DNA from: Squalus acanthias
Lineage: Eukaryota
NCBI GenBank assembly: GCA_030390025.1
Contig: CM059432.1
Location: forward strand, 138,882,001-138,946,000
Length of the DNA: 64,000 bases
Direction of reading: 5' to 3'
Under the pieces are notes generated by a model. The model saw only the letters and a list, made by a program, of their open reading frames with translations. It did no database searches and was not told where the DNA came from. The translations under genes were made by a program, and so were the position numbers. This document shows, piece by piece, positions 38,081 through 51,218 of this stretch (positions are counted from its first letter, which is position 1; each line of letters begins with the position of its first letter).

Positions 38081-38541
38081 GAGGAGAATAAAGGGAGAAG
38101 AAAAAGACAGCTGGAGGAAACATCCTGAAGTAATTCTGCTTCAATACTATTGACAAAAAGCCTTAAAGATATTTTTAAAAAAGCAAATAAGAAACAAAAT
38201 AGTTTTCTCTATCGATTACGGAAAAAAAATTGACCTGATTTCAATTTAACACTTCATCAAATTAACTGCATGAAACTCATTTTATGGAGGTTTTCAAAAA
38301 AGCTGAAGGTGCAATGTTCACGCCGCGTTTCTGTCGCCATACTTGGCAATTCCAGACTTGAGGTGGCAAAATTCAAGGCTACCACCAGCACATCTGTTTC
38401 CCTGTTTTATCCCCTGCTATAGTTAAAGCACGTTTTCCAGGACCAGCCTGGGACACGGATCATTTTATATTAAACTTTTTTAAAAAAACCTTCAGCATAT
38501 TTTAACATGCGTAATCTTAGCAAATACCTAGTTTAGATATT

Positions 38542-39085
38542 ACATAGAATTTACAGCATAGAAACAGGCCATTCGGCCCAACTGGTCCATGCCGGTGTTC
38601 ATGCTCCACACGAGCCACCTCCCACCTTACTTCATCTAACCCTATCAGCATATCCTTCGATTCCTTTCTCCCTCGTGTGCTTATCCAGCTTCACCTCAAG
38701 TGCATCTATGCTAGTCGCCTCAACTCCATGTGGCATCGAGTTCCACGTTCTCCAAAACCCGAGACCTCCACCACCTAAAAAGGACACGGGCAGCAGGCGC
38801 ATGGGAACACCGCCACCTCCAAGTTCCCCTCCAAGTTACACACCATCCTGACTTGGAAATATATCAGCCGTTCCTTCATCGTCGCTGGGTCAAAATCCTG
38901 GAACTCCCTCCCTAACAGCACTGTGGGAGTAGCTTCACCACACGGACTGCAGCGGTTCAAGGCGGCGGCTCACCACCACCTTCTCAAGGGGCAATTAGGG
39001 ATGGGCAATAAATGCTGGCCTTGCCAGCGACACCATCATCCCGTGAATGAATAAAAAATAAATAAATTCTCACTGCTCTCTATGC
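38542..39085 (-). mobile_element. CR1 tail interrupted by a plus-strand LINE 3' end of another family (38752-39066)
   Basis: Host sequence GAGTTCCAC.TTCTC resumes as ATTCTCACTGCTCTC. The insert ends GGGATGGGCAATAAATGCTGGCC...GAATGAATAAAAAATAAATAA. Confidence 0.7.
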
Positions 39086-39614
39086 ATCTATATTCCCCTA
39101 TCTGTTTTTTAACTATACGCTTACATTAAGAAAAGCAAGTGAACGGCAGACAACAGGTTGGTAACAGCCACACTTTTTACTGCTGCTGCTCTTTTTTCTC
39201 CCTCATATCAATGAAACATAAACAGGGAGATTTCACCGAGAATTTACTGCCTCCATATGCTCATAAACTGTGGCATAAATAAGAATTACTTGAAGAGACC
39301 GAGTCTGAAATTTCCATCAGTGATGCTAACAAGCGGAAGAAACAATTATTGATGTTAGAACAGAAGAGAACACGCCCACCTTGCTTAGGCCAAAAACTTT
39401 GAACGTTTTCTGCAATTTATATTGAAATTCAGCCAAATGTGTAACAAACAAAACAGCCTACTGGCCACTTCTGAAACCTTCATGGCAAATATATAATCAC
39501 TACATGTATGAAATGCAGTCGGTATTTGCACTGTGTTATACATGCACATCTCCAGACTTGACCTCAGCTGTTACAACTGTTTCCAGTTTTCTTAGTATTA
39601 TCTTACACGTTTCT

Positions 39615-40048
39615 GCTGTGGTTCGGTTGGTAGCATTCTCGCCTCTGAGTCAGAAGGTCGTGGCTGCACATAATCTAGGCCGATACTCCAGGCGCAGTAC
39701 TGAGGGAGTGCTACACTGTCGGAGGTGCCGTCTTTCGCATGAGACGTTAAACCGAGGCTCTGTCTGTTCTCTCAGGTGGACATGAAAGCTCCCACGGCAC
39801 TATTACGAAGAAGGGCAAGGGAGTTCTCCCCGGTGTCCATGGTCAATATTTATCCCTCAATCAACATCACTAAAACAGATTATCTGGTCATTATTACATT
39901 GCTGTTTGTGGGAGCTTGCTGTGCGCAAATTGACTGCCGCATTTTCTACAACAGTGACTACACTTCAAAAAGTACTTCATTGGCTGTAAAGTGCTTTGGG
40001 ATGTCCTGAGGTTGTGAAAGGCGCTATAGAAATGCAAGTCTTTCTTTA
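39615..40048 (+). mobile_element. DeuSINE with the B-box region deleted
   Basis: A box, Deu core and tail present. Confidence 0.82.
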
Positions 40049-40809
40049 TTCCAACAAGCGGCAAAAGTGCAATCTGCAGCCAACGATTGGGATTAAACAG
40101 GTTAATGATTTCAGGAAAATACATTTTTCCATGTACAGTAGTTTGTTTGGTATGTTATTATCACAAGAATAAACATTCCAACAAAGCTACTGGCATTTGT
40201 GATTTTAGGCATGACTTCATTAGTACTAGCAGTGGCAGGGGTCTGGAGGAAGGCAGCAGGATCATGAGGCAGGAACTGGATGTGCAATCGCATCCAATGT
40301 GTGTTTTTACAGTTTTGGCCAAGATTAAATATATAAAAGAAAAAAGAAAGACTTGCATTTATACAGCGCCTTTCATGACCTCAAGTCGTGCCAAAGCGCT
40401 TTACAGCCGATGACGTACAATGCAGCCTATTTCCAGCAATGCCAATTGTCAAACTGTTGGACAGAAACCTACAGGGTCTCAGGGTTTTTTTTTTAAATTG
40501 AGGCTTCAGAGGACTTACAATATTAGTATCACCACCACTTGCTGCTACTATCTGGTATCATTGTGCTTATCATGAAGAGTGGTGACACCCACAATCTCAC
40601 CTCTATCTTTATAGATGAAATTTGGTGGCTCAGTATAAGTAAAAAGGCGGATTGTTTATCTTCTGTTTAGCAACTATCAACATCATTCTTTCAATACACT
40701 TAGCCGTCACATGCCACAAGTTAAGGTAAGTAAACGGAAACAACTTTCATTTATATAGTGTCTTTAAAGATCTTATAGTATTTTGCCTGTTTGCTTGTGG
40801 AACCAGAGA

Positions 40810-42190
40810 ATCAAATTCGGCCCATCGTGCCTGTGCCAGCTCTTTGAAAGAGCTACCAATTACTCCAACCTGGAATTTTTTCTTTTCAAGTATTTATCCA
40901 ATTCCCTTTTGAAAGTTACTGTTGAATCTGCTTCCCTTTCAGGCAGTGCATTCCAAATCATCATAACTCGCTGCGGGGGAAAAAATTCTCCTCATCTCCC
41001 CTCTGGTTCTTTTGCCAATTATCTTAAATCTGTGTCCTCTGGTTACCTGACCCGCCTGCCAGTGGAATCAGTTTTTCCTTATTTACTCTATGAAAACCCC
41101 TCATAATTTAGATCAGTGGTTTTCACACTGGGGTCCACGAACCCCTGGGGGTCCGCGACCAGAGGTAATTTTAAACCTGCTCCTTTTTATAAAACCGACA
41201 CCAATTCAATTCTTGCGAATTATTCGCAACGGCTGGGCCCGGCTCCTCACAGAGGCCCACAGCTCTCTGTCACTTTGCAACTAGCGCTCCTCGCCGTTCG
41301 AGCCGATTCCTCTCCCTGGCGTCGCGACCCGACACGTGATCAGAGCGCCTGCGGAGCCCTTCATACACGTGCCTGAATGTGTTCACGCAAACACGTACAA
41401 TTCCACAGTGCAGCTGTTACAGAACATGCCAGTGGGACAGTGTGGCGGTGAGTCGCGCTTCCAGCAGCATCCCAGCATGTGAATGGGTGCTCGTGCCCTC
41501 ACTCACCTTGGCCAGCCTGCTGACGGCTTTAAAAACTGTCCAGCACTAAGTGGCTAATGGTGACCATCTGTTCCTGCGGAGTACCCAGAATAGGTGCGAG
41601 ATGCAGGAACACCCATCTCACTGATAGCTGTAAGTAAATACCTGTTTTCTTAAAAGCATTATTAAAACATGCAGCACTTTCATATTATGAGTATTATATA
41701 GTATTATAATTTAGATGGGGGGGGGGGTCCGTGGTTACTAATCCATTTGAAAAGGGGTCCTTCAACCAAAAAGGTTTGAGAACCACTGATTTAGAACACC
41801 TCTATTAAATCTCCCCTTAACCTTCTCTGCTCTTAGGAGAACAATCCAGCTTCTCTAATCTCGCGACATAACTGAAGTCCCTCATCCCCAGTGCCATTCT
41901 CGTAAATCTCCTCTGCACCCTCTCCAAGGCCTTGACATCCTTCCAAAAGTGTGGTGCCCAGAATTGGACACAATCCTCCAGCTGAGGCCTAACCTGTGTT
42001 TTATAAAGGTTTAGCAATAACTTCCTTGCTTTTATACTCTCTGCTTCTATTTATCAAGCCAAGGATCCCATATGCTTTTCAGATAGCTTTATCAACTTGT
42101 CCTGCAACATTTAAAGATATGTGCTTGTGAGCCCCAAGTTTCTCTGTTCCTGCACCTGCTTTAAAATTGTGCCATTTAGTTATATTGCAT
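40810..42190 (-). mobile_element. CR1 fragment interrupted by a hAT element
   Basis: LNLYKTQVRPQLEDCVQFWAPH peptide; CR1 sequence is colinear across 41114-41788. Confidence 0.85.
41114..41788. mobile_element. Non-autonomous hAT (Charlie-like) transposon
   Basis: TIRs CAGTGGTTTTCA and TGAGAACCACTG; 8-bp TSD ATTTAGAT/ATTTAGAA (7 of 8 match); repeated GGGGTCC subterminal motifs. Confidence 0.9.
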
Positions 42191-43221
42191 ACTTTATTAG
42201 AGAGATTAAGAAATTAGAAAACTTGCATAATATAGACTTGTACGGTATTCTTGTAAGTGCCTGCGTGCTTCAATTATTTTACCCTACTGTACATGGAGGC
42301 TAACAAATGAAAGTTCACTTAGAATTTCAGACATGGTTAACATTCAATGAAATTCTGTTTCTTTTAATCTATAAAAAAGGACTTTTCAATGAGCGTTCTG
42401 CTCACCAAGTTAAAATGACAGTTCTAGTCAAGTCTCTTCCCATCCTGCACCTTCCAACAGCTGGGAAGGATGAAAAGGATAAAAAGGAGATTAAAATGTC
42501 AACTTCCTCAAAATTGACGTGAATATCATTCTCTGATCAGCTGGCAGGAGCTGTCATTTCCCCCGCCTCTGATAATGGAACACCTCATTATCATTAGCTC
42601 CTTGTCCATGTCCTGGCCCTGAATTAGAGAAAGTCGCATAACAAGGCAGTCAAGTAAAATATCGAACAGAGTTGGGATTCCAACTTGTAATCTTCTGGTT
42701 ATGAACTCCAACACTCTAACAAGAGATGTCCTTGGCAACTTAGGATTTCTTTTCGTTCATCTTAATGATGCACTCCCTTTAATTTCCAAGTAATAGTTTT
42801 ACTTGTTAATTTTTTCCATGACAATATATTTTAATTCAAGATGGGTTAGTATGCAGGATCATCTTCTATTTGGATGAACATTTTTGAAAAGTGATTTAAA
42901 AATATCTACCACTGAATACTGCAGTATCAACAAAATATTATGACCATTGTTTAGCAGAGAGTGACTGTTGACTCATTATTAACTTCACAATGCAATTTCA
43001 AAATATGTCAAACAGCATAAAACATTACAAATTCGCTCCAAAACTCAAACCACAGAGGACGGTAATCTGTTAACATGAACATTCTGGTTTCTTTTATCAT
43101 TCTTCTTGTACGCAGTTGTTAAGCTGCCACTTAATATATCTCTTGTTATCTTTCGTTTTCAGTCCCTTAAGCAGTGTTGTTTGAGCTTGGGCTCTAGCTG
43201 TGAAGAATTGAACATTTTTTT

Positions 43222-43269
43222 TGGGGGGGGGGGGGGGGGAGGGGTGGGGGGGGGGGGGGGGGGGGGGAG
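43222..43269 (+). repeat. Poly-G tract (G-quadruplex-capable)
   Basis: About 48 nt that is almost entirely G. Confidence 0.9.
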
Positions 43270-45307
43270 ATTCAATCATTTTCTTATTTGTTTTATTGGG
43301 AAGCTATGACATTTTTAGCTGATCCAGGGTATTGAATTCCCAGGATATCTACATGCCTCCACAAAGCTTCTCGTGTATCATCATGAATCTTTCATAATCA
43401 CAACAAGAGTTGTCAAATCTTGCCGCTTTCACACAGCAACTTGTTCACCACTCTGTTTACTGAAAAATGCACTTAAAGTATAATATGAAAAGATCACATT
43501 ATGTGTCAGAATAAATGTAGTTGATATATGCTGGAAGTGCATACACAGTGGCATTCTGTTATGGATCATCTGCTGGACAATAATTCTTGTACATTCTTCG
43601 CCTGACAGACTGCTTTGTGTTTTGTACTAGACACCCTAATGTTTTTGACGACTCGTACAAGGCCACACATTTCAGCGACATTTTAAAATTAATGCTGAGA
43701 ACAAGTTTACTGCGCGGTGTTTGGGTAGCACTCACATTTGCTGATGGTGTCTTGCATTTACTAAATAATAAATCGCTGCCTGAGGCGCTCTTTTAGAATG
43801 TTTATGATTAGAACTCATTCATCTAAATCTACCGGCCAACAGAAAAAAATAAATCAAGGATTTCCCAAATATAACAATATTTGTATTCTGTAGATAATTT
43901 ATGACCACAGCTGCACTAATTAAAACCCATCTGAGTTTCATTAATCTTGGTCAATGGGTCCGATCATTCCGCTAGTGCTTAGCCACGCCTCAGTCATATT
44001 CGGTTGTCCTTGTGTTTCTAGTGTAATTTGCAGGTAATGTTATGCCTTCATTACATTCTGCAATGCAGAGAATACAACGAGTGCTCTCCCCACTGTTACA
44101 TCTGGAACGGCAGGACACACAAGATCGATAATCAGAAAATCTGCAGTTAAGGGTCTCCTCGCTGTAATACAGCGGTACGTTATCGAACCACTTACTGTTA
44201 AGCGTGTGGGTATGATTAGAATAGTTTTGAAAGGGAACATGTAAAACACATATCCTAGTATATTAACAGACAACATACGTTTGGGTAATAAATCACTGGG
44301 CAGGCTGCTGTAAATAGTTTATGAGAAGCTTTGTGTGCACCTATATTTATGTTCACCTGTAGGAGGAGATTCATCTCCATTGGCTACACTTGGATAAAGA
44401 TTTGGATAAAACGACAGTGACAATATTATTCAGCTGCCCAGCACTCTCTTGAATTCTATTTTTTCCCAAGAAGCATGATGCTTTGTGACTACAGATGTTA
44501 TTGCACAGTGCCACTATAAAATCACATGAATCAACCATTTCCTAACAAGAGTATTGCAGGGCCCATGGGGACAGAGGGGTCAATGTATCACAACTTTTGG
44601 TGTCCTTAAAGCAAAGCCATTTTGGGACATTGCTTTTTTTTTAAATGTAGTAAATCTATTGATCTGGAATTATGCAAGGACAGTATCTACTGCTTACTGG
44701 AACTTTAGTCTGAAGCAGTACAGCCTGGGTAGTACAGCTTTTAATATCTTGGCAGGATCACTCGTGTGAAACAAGACCAAGTCCTCCTCGCAAATTAAAG
44801 TGTGTAGGAAATCCTGTTTCTGAAAAGTGTTACGTTTAGGTTAGATTTTTGCTCGTGTTTGATCCCTTGTTCAGTTTCTTTTTTTAAAAAGGGCACACGG
44901 CTCTTATTAGTTTGGGCAGAGGGGCTTGCTTCACCCTCCCTAGACCTGAAATTGTGTCATTCATAATTCTAGGACTACATTTCCTATGGTGCTGCTTCGC
45001 AATGTGAGGTTTCTGAGGTTTATTCACTCGTACTGCAGCGTAAACACTGTGGCATTTCATTCATCACTTGATACTGCAAACTTACTGAAGCGAGATATTA
45101 CATGACTGAAATGAGGTAACATATTACACACCGTACCGATACTGAATGATACAGGACCTCAGATATAACTTTCGCGCTAAAGCCCAAGATGAAAGTTAGT
45201 TTCTTGGGTACATTTTCATCTCCTCTGCCTGGGAAGTAATCTGGCGTGAACGATTGCACGCCCTTTATAGAACCACCCCCACCCCCCGCCGATTTCCATT
45301 CCATTAA

Positions 45308-45700
45308 GTGTCAGCTGTGGCTCAGTGGATAGCACTCTCGCCTCTGAATCAGACGGTTGTAAGTTCAAGACCCAAGCCAGAGACTTGAGCACAAAATCTA
45401 GGGAGTGCTGCACTGTCGGAGGTGCCGTCTTTGGATTCAGGTGGACGTAAAAGATCCCGCAACAGTTCTCCCCAGTGTCCTGGTCAATATTCATCCCTCA
45501 ACAAACATCACTAAAAGCAGATTATCTGGTCAATCATCACATGTCTGTTTGTGGGAGCTTACTGTGTACAAATTGGCTGCCGTGTTTCCTACATTACAGC
45601 AGTGACTACACTTCAAAAAGTACTTCATTGGCTGTAAAGTGCTTTGGGACGTCCTGTGGTTGTGAAAGGCGCTATATAAATGCAAGTATTTCTTTCTTTC
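45308..45700 (+). mobile_element. DeuSINE with internal deletions
   Basis: A/B boxes, shortened core and (TTTC)n tail. Confidence 0.82.
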
Positions 45701-46606
45701 AAAGTTGGTAGAGTTAAAATGGAAGCAAACATCCCTCCTCACCAAAATACAACATGGAAGGCTACACACAGGGGTCCTGGACCAAGGCCCCAGTAGACAT
45801 TCAATCTAAGCTAATCAAATTATTGGTTCTTTGAAGGATAATGGATAGCTTGTAAGTTAGCTCCTGCCAATCAGGTGAAGTTGTGGTTTCAATTACTGTC
45901 GGATATCAGAAAGAAACTACTTGAAATGTTAACATATGCAGATCGGCAGACTGTGGAATAGAGAAATTTAATTTCTTTGATTACTGAAAGGAAATATTTG
46001 CAGGAACGCAGTAATGTCGAAATATTAAAACCCTGCCTCACAAGCTATGAGAGCTAGTGTCAAAGGACTGGCTGCAACATGAAAGAATTTTCAGGACATA
46101 AATCATAGTGCAGGTTTCACATCTTCAGTTCTGATGGAGATCTGAACTCGATGGGCATTTTGAAAAATCACAACATCCACTTACAACATTACATTGTGAA
46201 GGTCTACGGAATAATGTTTCATCCCAAGGTCCTGACATTTATTCAAGTTGTCTAAGAAATAAGTTTAAAAAAAGATAATTTAACTCCTGTGAACTGAATC
46301 CATCTTTATTCCTTTTAAGTATTTTGCTCTCAGGATCTCAATGTGTCGCACTGCTTCCATATATTATTCAACCAGAAAATAAATCTAACAGTTTTAGCTT
46401 CTACACATTGATCTGATAGAATTGATATTTTCTACCCAATTGAAAGAGCCAGAAGAACCAGTATCTCCAGAGATCTCCAGTCCTTGATAGAGTAATTAGC
46501 AGGTAATTTTAATCCTGATCATGCTACTCCATACACAACAGGAATAAGAGCACAGGAACATAGGATCCAAGGCATAGAATCTTGAGTGTACCTGGTGCAC
46601 AACTGA

Positions 46607-47660
46607 CTTAGCCATCTACCTTTACATCTGCCGTCACCACATCAAGCATTACCGTGCCTTGCTCTTCTCCGCCAAAACCTCCTAGTACTCCAGTATCGTC
46701 CTCGAGACCAAGAACAACCACAGACTCCTTTCTTCTGCAACGAACCACCTTCTTAAAACCCTCTCCCCTGCCCCCTTTCCATCTTACCTCAGACACTAAG
46801 GGAGGAATTTTAAGCCCAAAAAACGGGTGGGTTGGTGTTGGGTGGGAGGTTAAAGTGTTAAAAAACTGAGTCCAGACCCCAACCCACCCGCTTCCGGTTT
46901 TAATGGAGACGGGATGGAGGGCGAGCAGCCAATCCGCTCCCACGAGGCGGGTCGGCCATTTAATTATTGTAATGAGGCTGTCGTGCCTCAGATTTAACCA
47001 GCATTACAAATTTAACTGTGGCTAGTCGGGTTTCGCAGGCCTTGGGGAACCCGCCAGCTAAAGTAAGGCGAGGACTGCTGGATCCAGGAGGTATGTGCCT
47101 TTACACGTACCTCCTGGATCCAGCGTCCCTGCCTTAACCCCTCCCACCGCAATCGGAGACCGCCCACGAGATCTCAGATTTCCCCATCACCCCGAGGACT
47201 CTGATCACCTTCCCGGTCTAGCCCCAATGCTCCTCCAGCCCCGATCCTCTCCCCGCCCCCACTCGATGCTGCTGCGGCCCCGATCCTTGGCACTCCTCCC
47301 CCCCCCCCCCACCGATGCTGCTGTGGCCCCTGACCACCCTCCCGGCACCTGATGCTTCTGTGGCCCCCGGCCCCCAATGCTGCAGCCCCCGTCCACCCAC
47401 CAGTCCCCACCTGGCTGGCTGTGGGTGGGAAACAGAGGTTTGAAATGCAAATCAGGCCCTGCCGTTAAATTCGGCATGGCCTGCGGGAAACCCGGTCTCC
47501 CAGGTTTCCCAACTGCTTTCTAGCACCCGCCCTCAACCCAGCTCCCAACCCACCTCCCTATTAAAATTTCGGCCTAAGTATGAGAAGCCCATGGATTTCT
47601 TCATCATCAAAATTGGGACTATTCATGCTGTGGCCTCTGCTGTATCCTCTCCTTCCCCTT
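46607..47660 (+). mobile_element. Degraded L2 ORF2 fragment split by a Harbinger MITE
   Basis: HIKHYRALLFSAKTS*YSSIVLETKNNHRLLSSATNHLLK precedes the insert and KYEKPMDFFIIKIGTIH follows it. Confidence 0.65.
46800..47574. mobile_element. Harbinger/PIF-type MITE
   Basis: TIRs GGGAGGAATTTTAA and TTAAAATTTCGGCC; TAA duplicated at 46797-46799 and 47575-47577. Confidence 0.82.
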
Positions 47661-47789
47661 GCCCCTCTCCCTCGAATGAAGAGGCCTGTTTTCACCTGAT
47701 AGCCACACAAACATACTCTAAAACAGACACGATGGGCCGAATGACCTCCTTCTGTGTTGTAAGTTTCTATGATTCAATCAAGATGCAAA

Positions 47790-47932
47790 CCCTAGCCCAG
47801 TCGCACTTTGCAGTGCCAACTGCTACCCTGCTGAGATCAGTTAACTCAGCACAGACCAGAAATCAAATTTGGGTTCTTCTAGCCTATATGGCTGTAATAT
47901 CACACTGCAGTGCATTTATTCATCAAGCCATC
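47790..47932 (-). mobile_element. Old tRNA-derived SINE head (AmnSINE2-like from recall)
   Basis: Minus strand reads TGGCTTGATGAATAAATGCACTG...CTGGTCTGTGCTGAGTTAACTGATCTCAGC. Confidence 0.5.
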
Positions 47933-48197
47933 AAGGAGGTTGCCACCCCATTGTGAATCCAGTCACACGATGGGGCAAAATTTCCTCTGCACATAATAAA
48001 ACCACAAACCCATTCTTTATAAACAGGTTTACAATTTTGTTACACATGGTGCATAAAAGAAATCTTCCCCTGATGCAACAACGCTAAGAACTTGCCCAAT
48101 GTTGTATTTAAAATCAATATTTTGTAATGCAAAACAAAATGCACGCATTAGAAATAAAGGCAGCTGGCTTGGACTTCTATTGCAAGACTAACATAAT

Positions 48198-48951
48198 GGC
48201 CGTAATTTCCGATAGGAGGCTTCCTGCGTGTGGATGTCTCGGATCGGAAAAAAATCTCTGAACTTACCTGTGGGCTCCCGAGGTCCAGACACTTCCGCTC
48301 CTGGGCCTCTCCACACTCGAAATGCGCAGGGCCTACGTATCCCAGGGGCGCAGGCGGTTCGCAAGCGTCCCTGGGATCACGCAGGCCAGGCCAGCCAATA
48401 GGAGAAGGGAATTTCCCTTCATACTTTTAACAGACAGACCTGTCAAATATATGAATGGAGATCACCCCAAAAACACAGTAAAACATTAAATAAATTTTTT
48501 TAAAACCATCACTTTTTAAAATGAGTTAAAATTACAATAAATTAAATATTTTAAACAAAAATTTATTTTTTGAAAAAAATAATTAAAGTTTTTTACGGGG
48601 CTAAAAATAAACGTACCTTTTTAAAAAAGTATTTTTAAATTATAAATGAGTGAAATTTTTTTTTTTTTTTTTAAACTTTTTTCAACTCTTATGCTGGTAA
48701 AAGCAGGCCTTACGCTTGCTTTTACCAGGCGTAAGATTTTTAAGGGTTTTCAGCGGGCAGAGGTTCTGCAGAAAGCGGAACTCTCCACCCGCAGAGGCCC
48801 TTCTCTAGGGCAGGCGTCCGATCTGACAAGAACATTCTTGACAGATCGGAAATGCCGGTTTTCAGCGCATGCGCTTCGCATGCCTGAAACCGGCATTTCC
48901 GATGTCCCTACAGGTGTGTACACAGCCCGTAGGTATTGGAAAATACAGGCC
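48198..48951. mobile_element. Harbinger/PIF-type MITE
   Basis: TIRs GGCCGTAATTTCC and GGAAAATACAGGCC; flanks AAT and ATT; GC-rich arms around an AT-rich centre. Confidence 0.72.
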
Positions 48952-49359
48952 ATTGTTGGGTTCAGAGCAGTCGAGAAACTGCTCAAGCTTCAGGTTTGTC
49001 TTTTCCGAAGATCATTTGAATCCCTTATTGTATTATATATGCCTTACAAATAGTGCTGGAGTGTGCTCAAAGCAGTAACACACCAAGGGGTTCAAACATC
49101 ATCATAAACCGCAACAGTAAAGATCGAGAAGTTTAGCAAAATTATCTGAAAATTATCTGTGGCACTTACACAGGTGGAGGTTGTTTTATTCCACGTATAG
49201 CCATTTTCATTTTTGTAAGTGACGAGCAACATGCAGACAAAGGTGGACAGGAGCCTCTTGTATAGTGTGTGATTTTTAACTAAAGCAGTGAAGATTGAAT
49301 TGCAGCGATATTAGCTTTTATTTCGCTGACTGTTGCAGAAAAATAGCAAACCCTGTATA

Positions 49360-49495
49360 CAAAGGCAAAATACTGCGAATGCTGGAAATCTGAAATATAA
49401 ACAGAAAATACTGGAGATACTCAGCAGGTCAGGCAGCATCTATGGGGACTCCACAGATGCTGCCTGACCTGCTGAGTATGTCCAGCTCTGTTTAT
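49360..49495. mobile_element. Head-to-head Penelope-like termini forming a hairpin
   Basis: Arms 49411-49445 and 49451-49485 are complementary at 33 of 35 positions; the sequence matches 4183-4265. Confidence 0.85.
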
Positions 49496-50959
49496 ACTGT
49501 ATATATTATAGCCTAGTAACAGTCTCCAAAGTTAAATATTATTCTAATTCCTCAAGTTAAATGATAACGGTATAATTTCTGAGGGGTGTAAGCAAACCGC
49601 GTGCATTTATGTTGCTAACTCAATCAGCAAAAGTAAATCGCCACTGACGCATGGAGCTGACATCACCAGCCCACAATGGGAGAGTGAGCTCTCTCCTATC
49701 AAGGGAAACGCCAAGGGGATTCAATGGACCCTGCTTTATTGTTAAACTTTAAGCTTTACGCAAGTTGCAGGTACTGGTTTGCTACGGGTAGTCACACACC
49801 CAGCACAAATTACTGGGCATGAGGGTGGCAGGATTTTCCTGCACAGATGCTACTCATTTCATAGCAATGAAATACAATTTTCTGTGTATTAGGAAAGGAA
49901 TCTATCTGTGCAAGTTATTTTGGAGGAAAAATTTATCCTTTAGGGTTATTACTTTGATTGTAATAATTTATTCAAGATCTGTGGAAAAGGCAAATTTTAA
50001 CACTTTGGATTTATCTGGAATTTCTACTGTTCTCATTTCTCTCCTTGAACAAAACACATCCTTGTCTGATAGAAGCTGCAGCACATCAAATGTGCCAGAA
50101 GGTATTAAACCACTTTTTCATACAAAGAGACCTTTATCCCTCTAATCTCTGTTGAGACATAAAAACACTAATGAAAGGGTTGGCTCAGACTCCCAAGACT
50201 TGCCCGTACTCGATGTACCACTTTAACCTGGCAGTACAATAGGTGCATTAAAATCTGGTCATCTGATTGAATAAATTAGGAGTTGACTATCGTACTGTAG
50301 TGTGGAACCAAAATTCAGCTATCTCACTGGACAGATCAACTCCAATTTCTAAATCCCCAAATGTTAGATTAAATTAATACAAATTATATTGGTTATGACT
50401 ATTGTTAAAATAACAGCAGTAAAAGTTGAGTTTCCTCATTATCATGTTTCACGGCGAATTTAAAATCCCTAACCTATTTCCAATTAATTTTTTTTATGGA
50501 TTAGCCCTCATTGTAATATAGCCTGCTGCCTTTCTAACTTTTGATTCCTTAGCAAGTCCCATTACACTCGCACCTAAATATTTTTCATATGTAGCCCAAA
50601 CATTTATTTTTGATAAACTAATAGGGTCCAAGATTTTTGACTTTGTGGGCCATTTAAGTGCATAGGAGCACACGTGAATTTTAAATCCTTGTTTCCATAA
50701 ATTTGCACATAACAACAGATCTAGATATTGAGATATACTCTATCCACCAATGAGGCAATGGCACGAAGAAGAGCCCGTTCCAAGCCTCCAGGTCCAGGAA
50801 ACTGAAACAGGGTAAACCAGCAGATAAGATATACAAGGATGGATAGAACTGAATGCTTCCCTTTGGGTGCTGGATGGTCAGTGCTCGAGCATCAGAAGTG
50901 ACCCAGAGGAAGTAGTATGGACACTCCTGAACCTGCAAATCTCCCGTGGTGGTTCTCAC

Positions 50960-51218
50960 AGGTATTCAGCCACATGGACCTGTTCCACTATTCAATTAGA
51001 TCATGGCTAATCTGTATTTTAACTCCATCTACCCACCTTGGTTCTGTAACCTTTAATGCCCTTGCCTAACAAATATCTATCAATCTCAATTTTGACATTT
51101 TCTATTGACCCCCAGCCGTAACAGGTTTTTTTTTGGGGGGGGGGGAGAGTTCCAGATTCCCAGCACCCTTTATGTGAAGAGGTGCTTTCTGATATTACCC
51201 CTGAACGGCCTGGCTCTA
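50960..51218 (-). mobile_element. CR1 3' fragment
   Basis: 3' UTR (AGATCATGGCT) and ORF2 end, reversed. Confidence 0.7.
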
